Made by a program: the position numbers and the translations under genes | Shown here: in pieces, positions 29,265 to 43,026 of the stretch | Layout of the letters: each line of letters opens with the position of its first letter | How positions within the stretch are numbered: position 1 is the stretch's first letter | The notes under the pieces: model-generated | Databases searched by the model: none | Seen by the model: only the letters and a program-made list of their open reading frames with translations | Told to the model about the DNA's origin: nothing | Assembly (NCBI GenBank): GCA_033442325.1 | Contig: JAWQFM010000017.1 | Coordinates: 853,947 to 917,946, forward strand | Origin: Salpingoeca rosetta | Lineage: Eukaryota > Protista > Choanoflagellata | Reading direction: 5' to 3' | Length of the DNA stretch: 64,000 bases

Positions 29265-32200
29265 ATGCGACGACCAAGAGCCTTAGTGTGCGTGTGCCTC
29301 CTCGCACTGGCAGCATGCCTTCTTCTTCCCACGTGCCAAGGTGCGCCGTTGCTGGAGGGGTGGGAGTGCTGGAGTGGGGGGAGGGGGCTTCGCTCGCCTG
29401 CTCGACTGACAGAATGTCTGCATGTCCTGTTGTTCGTGCGCTCACATCAACCATCGTTGCTTTCATCGTTGCTGTCCGTTGTTGCAGCGGGGACCATCAG
29501 CATTCGGCTCATCAAAGCGACGCTCAAAATGGGGTCTACAAAACGCCCGCCACAACAAGTGCAGTTTAAAGTTCTTGGATATGGTGGTCGCCTAACTTTT
29601 CGGAGAAGCAACGCTGGAACATACGAGTGGCAGACATTCCCGGAAACGGACTTCGATGCCAGCGTGAGTGGGGATTCCAATGCGCACTCCTGCTCTCGCT
29701 CTTCAACCTGAGAGTACACCTGCCATTGTCCCAAGCACCAACTTACACTGCATTGATCAACTGCCATGTAACGGTTCTCTTGTGTGTGATATGGCGCTAG
29801 CCGAGAATTCACGTTTTCATCAAGGACAGCGATTGGAGCCTTTGGCAGAGGCAGGTGTGTATGGTTTGGAACTGGGTGTGTGCTCCTTGTGCTTGCTTGC
29901 TTGCGTGTTCCTTCTAGAGCGGATCCCCCTTGTAATACCAGTAGCTTCCTTCTTGCTCACGCGATCATGAGCTCCCTTGCTTGCGCTTGTACATGTGCAC
30001 CGGCATCCACGCACAGGCACAGAAAGGGCATCTCGGCTCGAAACGCTTCCATTTCACGAAGGGCAACTGCAGTCAACAGGTGGCTGAGGGAAAGGAGTCA
30101 AGAACCGTTTCTTCCAGCACAGCTAAAGTCTTCTACGTCATACGATATTCTCCAAGTCAGTCCCAAGCAGCACTGTGTTGCATGACAAGACCTTGCATCG
30201 CTGTTCAGAAGCGTGTGCGCGCACACACACACACACTCATGCACACACACACTCTCTCTCTCCCCCTGTTCACGTTGCGTCGTGCTCTCTTCTCACTGCT
30301 CCAGTCAACTTGTGCGAGGAAGGCGCCTGCAGTCCCTTCCCCAGTTCCTGCGAATGCAAGGGCGATCGAAAAGCAGAGTACGTCGAGAAGCTACTCACCA
30401 CCACCATGCTGTGGCAATGTTGCTGCTCGGGCCCCTTCGCGCGGTTGCCCCTCAATACTCACCAGCGTTGATGTCCTGTCCCTTGTTGCGCTACCATGTG
30501 CTGTATGAATTGCAGATGCCATTGCCAATCTCGTGAAATATACCCAAGTTGCTTGAACAAAGATCAAAGCTCAACCGCATGCGCAGACAGTCCCTGCGAC
30601 GATGGCTGCCTGTGCATCACTGAAGGTGCGTGGCTTTCACACAACCTTGCCACACACACATGTGTCTGTGCACAGAATGTATGGCTGTCGGTTTGTTTTG
30701 CCTTTAATCTGCACTGCCTCTTCCATGCGTCTCAGGTACATCTGTACATCCTCACATTCGGCTGTGTGGTGCAGACAAAGGATACAGGTGCGAGGCCATA
30801 GCACAATGCCGAGACCCTTGCTTGCAGAATAATGACAGATGCGGCGAGCATTCCATCTGCACGGTGGACTCAGGCCAGGTCACGTGTACGTGCATGGAGG
30901 GATACTTCTCTTCCAACGGGGATAGCAAAGACTGCAAGGTACAGGCTTGTGCCCTTACGTGTGCATGCATGTGTGTTTGGTGTGTTTATTATGTGTGTAT
31001 GGATGTGTGTTCACACGCCTACATCTGCCTGCGTGCTTTCAAGGTCTTTGTGACATGCCACGCATGTGTCAATCATTCACTGCATTGGTTGCTTTCTGTG
31101 TGCCGCGTACTGGCAGCTCATCACCACCGCATCCTCGACGAGTTCGTCGTCATCTACGTCAACGTCCACCTCAAGTACAAGTACAAGTTCAACCTCAACC
31201 TCAACCTCAACCTCAACCTCAACATCAACATCAACCTCAACTTCAACCTCCACAAGCACCAGCACAAGCACATCGACGTCATCATCCACGTCAACATCCT
31301 CCTCTTCGTCCTCCTCAACAGCAACAACAACGGCGACAACAGCTTCAACAAATTCCTCCCGCATCATGCCGAGCTCAAACTCAGCGCCACCATCAACAAC
31401 CATGAGCGCACCGCCGCCTTCTGCTGCTTCCTCAAGCGCTGGCTCCACCACAACCACCGTCGGTGTTGCATTGGGCGTGATTGGAGGTGTCGCTGTGCTC
31501 GTGACCCTCACGCTATTTCTCGTCAAACGAACACGGCGCAAGCCAACACCAGCAACAGCGGCAGGCGCAGCAGATGCCTCTGGCCTTGTCGGCCACGCTG
31601 CGACTGTGGCGCCTGTTGTCAACCCCCTGTTCGTGCCCCGCGCGGAGTCTTTCCGCCACGATGACGCGGAGGGTAACAGCAGTATGTACCACGGTGCTCG
31701 AGGTGCGTGGATGAACGGCGCCAACAGCGATGACGACGACGTCAGGGGTGACAAAGGACACGGCGATGCTGTTCTCCGTGCACACGGGCACGCGGCCGCT
31801 TCCAACACCGCGCCGTTGTGGCTGCCGCCTGCTGCCCATGGAGGCTCTTCACATCAACCTTTCGCTACTGGCAGCACGGATGTTGACGATGAGTGCGACT
31901 ACGATGACGTGACCTTGGGCGGCATGCCATTGCCACCGCCCCGTCCGCCACGCCGGCCGCAAACAACACACCATCAAGCGCAGCAGCAACAGGCGTACGT
32001 GGTGATGGCGCCGCGTGCACATCACCCGCAACATGCTGGCGACCACAACGGCGTGCATTCGCCGCGTCAACACCACCGCCAGCAGCAACAGCAACAGCAG
32101 CACGAGCCAGTAGTGGTGGCACCTAATCCGGTGTACAACCACCTTGCGCCAACCGTCGACTTGACACCAGACTACGAGGCGTTGGCGGAACCGCATCAGC

Positions 32201-32286
32201 GCCCGCCTGTCCTGACCGCAGACAGCGACATCAACGTGTACAACCACCTCGCTACAAACCACGAGTCATCCTCTTCCTCCATTTAA
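29265..32286 (+). CDS. Receptor-like type I membrane protein, paralog B
   Basis: MRRPRALVCVCLLALAACLLLPTCQG; EGF CLQNNDRCGEHSIC...CTCMEGY; Ser/Thr stalk; TM VGVALGVIGGVAVLVTLTLFLV; tail YDDV, NPVYNHL, YEAL, YNHL; ends ESSSSSI. Confidence 0.85.
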
Positions 32287-32320
32287 GTTGAGTAAAGGCT
32301 TAAAGGGCGTGTGTGTCTGT

Positions 32321-32356
<36 letters not shown>

Positions 32357-32366
32357 CACACACACA

Positions 32367-32398
<32 letters not shown>

Positions 32399-33042
32399 CC
32401 GTGTGTGTGAGTCTGTGTGTGTGTGCGTGTGTGCATGTGTATCTGTGTGTGTGTGTGTGTGTGCCTGTGTCTGCTGTGGCTTTGTCGCCACCAAGTAAGC
32501 ATGCATCCCGTTTTTGCAGGGGCAGGTAAATAGGCCAACGTGACGTGTTATGTCTCCTGGACCCTTGTGAGCATGAGCCCAATACACCGTTAGCATTGTG
32601 AAACTGCGAAGGAACACGAATGGATGTACGGGTCACAACACACCCACAGACACGCACAGACACCAGCAACCCTTTTCCACGAGCTGCTGTCGTTGCCATG
32701 TCTGCAAGTGTCTTTGCTTCTTCTATTGTTGTGTTGTGTTAAGTTTAGTGTCAACGCGCCCGAAGAGGCTTCGGCAAGGCAAGCTAAGAACAGCTGTAAA
32801 ACAAACACGAATGTAATCGAGGCACCTAGGGGGATCAAAACAGCGGTGGCAAAGCATCAGGTTAACGCAGCTTCCTATTGAAGAAATGGTGACACCAAGT
32901 ACAACACACATAGCCACACAGCCACACAACACACACACACACACAACACACACACACACACAACACACACACACACACACAACACACACACGCACACACA
33001 CACACAAACACAGAAACAACACAACACACACACAGGCACAAT

Positions 33043-35982
33043 TCAAATGGACGTGGACGTCTCGTGGTCTGTGAGGTGGCTGTACACGTTATCCGATGTG
33101 GTGCCGCCATCACGCTTGTCATGTTTGCCTGCAGGCTGTTGCTGTCGCCTGAACATGGGCACGCGGCTGTGCGGTTCAGACAGGACATCATACTCCGCAA
33201 CGTCAGCAGCGCGCGCTGCATCAAGACGGTCGTACATGTTGCTGGTGCTGGCGGTAGTGGTGGTGGTCGTGATGCTGGTGCTGGGCTCTGTCGCGTAACC
33301 TGCGGAACTCCCTCCTCCTCGCGTCGCGCGGTGATGTGGTCCCGCCAGCACATCGTATTCCGGCTGCTCTGCCACGCGATCAAGGCGATCATAATCCACG
33401 CCACCATTACCACCACCTCTGTTATTGCTGCTGCTGCTGCTGCTGCTGTTTCGGATTGGCGTCGTGGAAACGCCTTCCAGCCGGTCGTATGTGTCGCTGC
33501 CAACATGGCTGTTGCTCAGGGCTGCATCAAGACGATCATAGGTCGTGTCACTGTGGCCACCAACGTCCACAGGAGTTGCATCCTCTCGCCGTTGTGGGCG
33601 AGCCAACACATCGTAGTCTGCCTGTTGCTGCGGGTCTTGATTAGCTGCTTGGATGGCGGCAATCATCGCAGCCTCCTCTGCTCTCACCCCAAGGTGATGA
33701 TACGTGTGCACATCATGCTCATCAGCCTGCATGCGGGCACGCTGGTGCGGCCCCGACAGAACATCGTACCCTTGCTGTTGTTGCTGTTCGCTTGCTTGGA
33801 GGCGCTTTGGTTTCTGCGCGCTCGCATGCTGTTGAGGGCGAGGCTGACTCGGATTGTGCGTGTGCTGTTGCTTGCGCTGTTGTCGTGGACGTCGTCCCTG
33901 CTTGTGCTGCTGCTGCTTGTGCTGCTTGTGCCGCTGCTGCTGCCTTGGCTGCTTCGAATCTGACTGCTGCTGTTGGTGCGCCCCAGGCCTGCGACCCCGC
34001 TGTTGATCGCCCTGCTGTCGCTTGCGCTGGTGTTGGCTGCTCCTTGGCGGCCTTTCTCGCGGCACTTGCTGAGGCTGATCGGTCGGTGCATGTGCAGTCG
34101 TGCACGCATCCAAGCGATCATACGTGGGCAGCTCCGCTTCCGTGCTTGAAGCGACATGCGGCAGTGAGCTGTCATCTGTCTCGGATGAGGACAGCCCATG
34201 CAACTCCGCTGTGGCGAGCACATCGTCGAGTATCAAACTGCCGCTTGACGGAAGCCCCGCGCGTGCTCGTGCCCGCAATCCTGCCGCCGTCACGGCTGCC
34301 AGCCCCCGTCGCTGCTGCTTCCGCGCGGGCGGTTTTGCTGGGTTCTGCTGCTGCTGGCGTTGCTCTTCGTTGCCATCACGCCCATGTTCCTGCTGTTGTG
34401 GGGAGGGTTTCCGCTGGATCTCCCACCGCTTTGGCGGCTGCTTGTGTTTGCGCGGCCGTGCTTGCTGTACGCCGCGCTGCGGCTTCACAGCTGCGCTTGG
34501 CATGCGCTTTTCCTGCGGCACAACGCCGCCAGCGCCGGCTGACGAGGCGCTCGGCAACCACAGCGGGGTGCCATAATCAGGCACCTCGTCGACATTAGTG
34601 TCGTTGCTGCTGGTGTCGCTGGTAACAACTGGCGGTGGTGGCGACTTGGCTGCAATGTTGCCTCGCTGCTTCAGCATCTCATTGTGGGGTGCCGCATTCT
34701 TGTTGTGGCTGCTGCCACCAGCACGTGGGAGCCGACTCGCCTGCTGCGCACCTGATGTCTTTGTCCACGCTTCCCTTGCCTGCAGGCACGCGCCAGCATT
34801 GGGCCCGCTGCATTCGCTGCTCTTGTTAGGGGGTGCAAAGAGCGGATTGAGAATGGGCGGGACGGTGGCCACCTCTTCAAAGGCACCAGCCCCGTGTTGC
34901 TGGAAACGCTTGCGCCGTCGTCGCCTCACCAGCAGCAGCACGAGGACAACAAGCAGCAGCGCACCACCGGCCGCACCAGCAGCAATGCCAATGGTGGTGA
35001 TGGAGGCAGAAGAAGATGATGACGACGCTGACGCAGCTGTCGTTTGCGCTGCCGCTTGAGTTGTCGTGGCGTTGGATGTTGATGTGGAGGTGGACGAGCT
35101 TGTGGATGTGGATGTGGATGTTGATGTGGATGTGGAGGAGCTTGTGGATGTGGATGTGGATGTGGATGTGGATGTAGACGTAGAGGTTGATGATGTTGTT
35201 GATGTACTCGTGCTTGTGCTTGTAGACGTTGACGTTGATGTTGACGTTGATGTTGAAGTGGAGGTGCTTGTCGAAGTGCTTGTGGAGGTTGAGGTGGAAG
35301 TGCTCGTGGTGGTGCTTGTGGAAGTGCTCGTTGATGTTGATGTTGACGTTGATGTTGACGTTGATGTGGAGGTGCTTGTGCTTGTGCTTGTGCTTGTGGA
35401 CGTGGTTGAGGAAGACGACGTCGAAGTAGAGGTGATGAGCTGCAGGCATGTGTGTGTGTGTGTTGGTGGTGGTTGATGGTGGTTAACAACGTTTTGAACA
35501 CGAGCAATAATTTGCCAATGCATGCAAGCAAGCAAGTGAGTACACCCCTACACCCTATGTCAGCAGTGGTATGGATGACATCAACCTCAGACAGGAACGG
35601 ACCACTTCAAGCGTTCCCTATGCACCACACGCAACCGTGTTGACAAGGCATAAACAAGAGCATGTGCTCCTGTGCGCATGTGTACATCACACCTGGCAGT
35701 CATCGCCGTCGCCACTCATGGACATGTATCCAGCCACGCACTCGCAGTGCACGCGAGCAGAGGCCACACTGCACATGGAATTATCCCCACAGCCGCCGTT
35801 GTTCTGCGTACACGGGTCGGGACACAACGGCAGCGCAAGGCAGTCATAGTTGTCGTCTGAAACGACATGACACACATGTACAAGCACCAAGACCACACAG
35901 GTAGCTGTGAGAAAGAGGTGATACCTCATGCACAGTCGGTGCCAGTCAAGCACAACAACGCACCAAAGGCAAGCTGTTGTTA

Positions 35983-36015
<33 letters not shown>

Positions 36016-37626
36016 CACGTATACACATGCGCACTACCTGTGGTGATGCAGTGGCAGGTGCTGCCGCACACGTTTCGGTTGCACGGGTTGCTGGTGGGGC
36101 TACTGCTGACGGAGGGACAACTGTCCTCAAACACCTCTCCCACGCAGTCACACCTATATACACACACACACACACACAAAACCACGCGCACACACAAAAC
36201 CACGCGCACACATGGTAACGTATCGTGAGTGAGCGTGGCAACCAGGCAACCAGGCAACCGCCACCAGTAGCAAACACGCATCACAGCACTACACAAGCAC
36301 ACAACAAGCACACACAGAATGAGTGCACAGCACAACATACCTGACTTCGCGATCGCTGATGCATGTGCACGTGCCAAAGTCCTTACAGGCGTTTGCATTA
36401 CAAAGGTTGGCTGCAGGGGAGGGGAGAAGGCATTTTGTTGTGTAAATTGGTGAATGGTGTCAGAGAGCAAAGTGGATTTGAGAACGTGCGAGTGTACTGC
36501 TGCGCAAATGTCAGTTCCGTCAACACCCATTGCAATGTTCACGTACTCGGGCGGAATCTCAGGCGGAAGTCGAAGTCGATCTGGGATGTAAAAACTGCGC
36601 CGTTGTATTCTGATTCGTACATTCTTGAGGCGTGCATGTCCTTCCGTTTGTTTTGGCAGCCATTTTGGAGATTGAACGACACTGTTTCCATCTCATACAC
36701 CTGTCACCCAATGCCATCCAATGCCGCGATACTTGTCGTGTGAGTGCAATCTTCACGTGGACGACAACCGTTCCATGCATGTATCATGGAAATCAAGCAA
36801 GCGTACAGACTGGATATGCGAGTGTTCCTCACTTGATCGGGGTTTGCGTCGTATGAGTAGGTCACAATGACTTGGCCCTGACAACGAAACGGGAAGAAAA
36901 AGAACACATGGGTGAGGACATGTGAGAAGAAGCTGCAACCCCACCTGGAATGTCGCATCCTGAACGCAGCTCACCAAACAGCGCAACACAGGACCATGCG
37001 CACCGTTGCATCAAAGTCGTCTGCAGAGAAGGAGCGCCACTGCTGGTTGTTCCAGACATCGCTGTTGGTGTTTTTCGAGGGGAACTGGACCTGTTCATTG
37101 TGGCCTATCACTTGCAACTGGATCCGCACCGTTGTCAGTGGGGAACTGTTGCCGACATAATTGGTGAAGATGACTTGATCCACCGAAATGCTGATCTCCC
37201 CGCCTGGAGCGTCGATAGACGTGTGTATGTATGTATGTATGTATGTATGTATGTATGTACGTATGGATGGATGGATGGATGGATGGATGGATGTATGTAT
37301 GTATGTATGTATGTATGTATGTATGTATGTATGTATGTATGTATGTATGTATGTATGTATGTATGTATGTATGTGTGTATGTGTGTGTGTATGTGTTTGT
37401 ATGATTGTGTGTATGTGTGTTTGTGCGTGTGCGTGTGAAATGGTGACACCAATGCATGTGAGTTGTTGCGGTGGCGATACAACCCTTGCAAGAAGACACG
37501 GTCAAGAACAACCTTGGAGAGGCAAAGACAGTCAATACAGACAGACAGACAAGAGACAGACCGACAGACACAGACACACACAGACAGACACACAGACACA
37601 CACAGACACACACAGACAGACAGACA

Positions 37627-37688
<62 letters not shown>

Positions 37689-37764
37689 ACGCACCGTGGC
37701 ACGGGGTGAGGAGAAAAAGGAAGCAGCAGGCCACGAGGCCCACCACCACAGCAGACCGCTGCAT
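33043..37764 (-). CDS. Receptor-like type I membrane protein, paralog C
   Basis: [24 protein letters not shown] at 37764; [17 protein letters not shown]...CECVAGY; (ST)n stalk; [24 protein letters not shown] followed by RRRRRKR; tail with repeated YDRL/YDVL, YHHL, YSHL; ends ETSTSI. Confidence 0.85.
37226..37372 (+). repeat. (GTAT)n/(GGAT)n intronic microsatellite in paralog C
   Basis: Seen directly. Confidence 0.9.
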
Positions 37765-38287
37765 CGCTCTTGCTAGCAGCAGATGGTCGTAGTCGTCGCG
37801 CATCAACTCCAGTGTTCCCACCACTCAGCCGTCGTGGTAGCGTCGTGCTGGTAGCGTGGTCGTGGTCTTCACAGGACAGCAAAACCAAGACGAAGAAGGA
37901 GTGCGAGGCGCACAGGGAAAATGCTTGCTCCATTCTGTGCTGCTTCTTGCTTGCTTGCAGGCACCAAATACCAAAACACAGCATGCACGGGTTGAAATCC
38001 TTCCATGCACACCAGTGTTTTTTTTGTATCGCATCGCCGCGTGCTTGCTCCCATTCCTCTGTCACTCTGTGTTGTTGTCATTCAATTGTCATCACCCACC
38101 TCAACCCAAGCCACACAACACCAGCCACCCCACATTGCCAGCAACACACATACATGCATGCATCAAACAATCATCAATTGGCGCGAAAGTGGCACACACA
38201 CAGAGCATAAACACACACACACACACAGAGAACATAAAGAGCACGCAAGACAAAGCTTCGCAACAGCAGCAAAAGCGAGCGTGTGCG

Positions 38288-38909
38288 TCACTTTGGAGAC
38301 GTGCCCTTGATGGCTGTGGTGCCATAGAAGCGGTCACCAAAGTTTCCAAAGCCAGGAAGGATGTGCAAGTCATCATCCAGGTCGGTGTCGAGGTTGGCGG
38401 CAACGATGGTGACTTTTGGGTAGGCGTACGCCACGGAGCACACGCCCATCTTGCTTGCAAGCAACGTCACCAGTACAATGTTTTCCTCCGCCACGCCGTG
38501 GTCCAGTAGCACCCGAATGGCCATGATGGCTGCGCCAAAGTGGGGGTGGAGCAAAAAAGGGGCGTGGGTGAGAAACATCTGTTCAGCTGCTCAACATGCG
38601 ACAACGACAGAAAGCATGTAAATCACGCAGACTCAGCTTCTGTTTTTGTGCCGTTGACGCACCTGCTTGCCCTGTTGCGATGCTCGCGTCGAGGAGGAGG
38701 ACTGTACTCTTGTGAATTTGCTTCGGCAGCGATTGGTGGAAGAACTACAAAAGCGCGCGGAAGGGGGTGTGGGTGAGTGAGTGAGTGAGTGGGTGAGTGG
38801 GTGAGTGGGTGAGTGCGAGCGTGATGAGAATGGACGTTGGCATCACCGCGCCACATCGTGCACGGAACGGCACAAAGGCGGCTCACACGAGGTCACACAC
38901 ACGCAGACA

Positions 38910-38987
<78 letters not shown>

Positions 38988-39794
38988 ACCACAGACACAC
39001 ACAGACACACACAGACACACACACACACACACCAACCTCTGGCTGGCCCGAGGAAGGGTTTGTCTGGATGAGGAGCTGACCCACAGCAATGTCCCGCACC
39101 ATGTCGCGCAGAACCTTCTCCAGCGGCAGGCCCGCCCGCACAATGGCAACGCCAACCAGCTGTGCCGTCGTGGGGTGGTGTTGGTGATGGTGGTGGTGAT
39201 GGTGGTGGTGTTGGTGGGTAGATGGTGGGGTGGCGACGGGAGCGAGGCGAGGTGTGGCGACGGGAGTGATGGTGGACATTGGTAGTGATGAGTGTCATGG
39301 GAAAAGAAAGTTGGGATGGGTGTGGTTGGAGTGGGAAAGCGACAGTATGCGGGGCCGGAGTTACACAGTTGAGCATGCAGCTCACTGCTCACAACGCACC
39401 TGCTTTGTCACTCGCTTTCCGGTCACGGACGATCCATCCGACATGGTCACCTGGTTCGCGTGATTGATGCGAGCATGAGGGAAGGGCACCAGCAGGCACT
39501 GCGATTTGAAGTGCAAGACGTACTGCGGTGCGCTGCATTTGGCACACACACACACACAGACACACACACACACACATACACCCACACCCACACCCACACA
39601 CAGACACAGACACACACACACACACACACACACACCTGGACTGAGTCGTACGGGACGAAGGAGAGGGCGAATTCGATGAGGAGCTTCATCACGCGTTCGG
39701 AGGCGAACACGAACCGGTCAAGGTCCTGTTAAGGGGCGGCAGTGGTTATTTTTGTTGGGGATGGCGAGAGACGGTGAAGTGAGGGTGTGTATCA

Positions 39795-39886
<92 letters not shown>

Positions 39887-41072
39887 CGAAAGCAAACCGT
39901 GTCTCTGTCGCGCATGCTGGTCATGAGGCTGACGAGCTGGCGGGAGGAGGGCATCTGGTGGAATGACTTTGGCATTTGCGTCAACCGCAGGTCAATGATG
40001 TCTTGCCTGTTCAACCGGATATGGGACGATCGATGATGAGGGCAATCATGCAGTTGAGCATTGAGCACTGCTGGAGGAGCAGAAGTCAGAGGACAGATGG
40101 ACGAACAGACACACAGACACACACACACAGGCAAACACACACACACAGAGACAGACAGACACGCACACACACACACACACACATCCCTCCCACCCAGCCT
40201 CCAAGATGCGTACTTGAGGTCAAACCCGCGTGCCTGGTAGCCCTTCTTGACGTATCCAATGAGCATGTCCATGCCAACAGAGTTGGAGACACCACCAGGG
40301 ATGACGACGTCGGCAAAGCGGGCGGCGGGCTCAATAAACTGCTTAAAGGCCGGATACACAAACGTGGTGTACTGCTTGATGGCGCCCTCAAGGTCGCGTC
40401 CACGCTCCTTTGTGTCACGGACCAGCCTGCCATGACGGTGACGATGATGGTGGTTGTGTATGTGTGTGTGTGTGTGTGGTTGTGATTGTGGTGTTGTGTG
40501 TGTGTGTGTCAAGTCGTGGGGTGTCGACGAGCGTGAAATGAGCCGCTGCATGTCATTATCGACAAGCGACGGGCATCTCCCCCTCTTCACACTGGCAGTC
40601 CATGCACGCTCACAGTCGCGTTCGACACCACCACTGTTTCCGCACCCATCCACCCCTCCTTCACCACCCCATCCCCCCCTCCAACCCTCACCGCCTTGCC
40701 AGTCGCACGTCATCGTCCTCCTTCACAAACACCTTCACATCAAGCAGCTCCCGCAGCTCCGCCGCGCAGAACGCAAGGATGCCCTGTGCACGTGGTGACT
40801 TGGGTGAATGGTGCGTGCACACAGCCAAACGGAGATGTGTATGTGCAGACGTGGAAATCACAGGCGGAAGACACAGACACACACAGACACACAGACACAG
40901 ACACACACAGACACAACTGTGCGCACCTCGAAGATGATGACGTTTGCGCCGTACATGACGACCTCATCCGGGAGGCGCGAATGTGTTGTAAAGTCGTACA
41001 CAGGCACGTTGACCTTCTTGCCCTCCTTCAGTCGACCGAGCGTGTCAATCAGCAGGTCCACGTCAAAGGCAT

Positions 41073-41104
<32 letters not shown>

Positions 41105-41880
41105 GAGCGCGTTGTCATGGGCACATGTGCGTGTATGTGTATGTGTGTGTGTGTGCGCGCGTGTGCATGTGTGGTGTTTGTGTGCGTGCGTGTGCTTGCT
41201 TTTGTGCAACCATCCCCACGCGTGCACACGGCAACAACACAGGCACGTACTTGGATGGTCAAAGTTGAACTCGTTCCTGGCCGCCTGCGCCTTCTCTTCC
41301 GGGTTGAGGACCTGTACGCGTCAGTGCCATGGAGGGGGTGGGGTCGGTGAACGGTTGACAGTGAGGCATGATGCAAATAGAGAGCTCGTGCACGACGGCT
41401 TGCGCATGGCATAGGCACACACACACGCACAGACAAATCGGCATACGCGCACACACAGACACACACACAGACACACACACAGACACACACACACAGACAC
41501 ACACAAATACACACACACACACAAAAATGCACACCTTGTAGAAGCTGTCCATGGAGAGGAGGCAGACCCAGGAGACGCCGAGCTCCTGAATGATTTGATG
41601 TGCGACCGTTGTCTTGCCACTCGCACTGCCACCGCAGATGCCTGTGGTCAACGAGGACCAAGTGAGACGAGGAACGCAGGAGAGGGGCACACGAGAGGGA
41701 GACACACAAACTCGCACATCGTCGACACTGGCAGCGTGGCAGATACATCGGCAGCGAGACACATGCAGGACACGTACCGATGACGAGTGCCTCCTGCTGT
41801 TTGCCAGCAACATCATACCATGGAGGGCGACCTGAAGCACACACACATGCACACGCACACACACACATGCACACGCACGC

Positions 41881-41945
<65 letters not shown>

Positions 41946-42339
41946 CACACGCACACACACACACATGCACACGCACACACACACATGCACACGCACACAC
42001 ACATGCACAAGCACGTGTGTGAGCGCAAGTACGGAGTATGGAGATGATGGCACGTGGTAAACAGCGAGTGGCATCCGTTTGCATTTGGGTAGACCAACGA
42101 CTCACCAGCCATGAACACGGTGCGCTTGGCAGGCTTTGCCGCGATGGCCTTCTCATCCTCGTCAGATCCCGCCGTCGAGCTGCAGGGGGGGGGGGACAGA
42201 CACAGGTGGCATGGCAAGACGCAGACATGACACACCAGCGTGAGCGCGCACACGCACAAACACTTGCCTTGCATGCTTGCACGAGGTCACAAACAACTGC
42301 TCACCACAGCGAGACGGTGCGAACACGTGTTCGGGACAT
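38288..42339 (-). CDS. UCKL1: Uridine-cytidine kinase-like 1 (uridine kinase + uracil phosphoribosyltransferase fusion)
   Basis: RTVFMAG|[44 protein letters not shown]; UPRT part [41 protein letters not shown]. Confidence 0.92.
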
Positions 42340-42930
42340 GGCGCGACGATGAGGAGGTGTGTGTGTGTGTGTGTGTATATGGTGTAGTGTGTTGGTGATG
42401 AAGCGAGGAAAGCAAGCGAGGAAGACAGCAACAAGGAAGAAAGACAAGAGGAGAAGACACAGCAAGCCACAGCAGCAGCAGCTGTTTGTTGTCTTGGGTG
42501 TTGGTGGTGTGGATCTCACAGGAAAATCACGCGCGAGCGAGCGAAAGTGCAAGAACTAAAACCAAAGCGGAGAATGCAGCTTGCTTGCTCGCTTTGCTTG
42601 CTGTTTCGGATGTCTTGTTCCGAGCTTACTTCGCTCTCACACTCACTCTCACTCACACTCACACACACACTCACACGCACACACACACACTCTCCCCCTC
42701 TTGTTTGCTTGCTTGTCAGCTGTGATGGCAAAGGGTTGTATTGCAAAACGAGCTTTCTCTTTCTTCTAACAAACGAACAAGCAAACAAGCAAGCAGGCAA
42801 AAGCAAACTAGCGGTGGTCAGATAGAACACGCATATCATCCGTCAACTAGCTAGCAGCACAAGCAACAACACCAATGAGAGGAGACAAACAGCAACAAAG
42901 GGCGGGCGAGAACGCCAATAACTTTCATCA

Positions 42931-43012
<82 letters not shown>

Positions 43013-43026
43013 TATCAGACGCAGCA

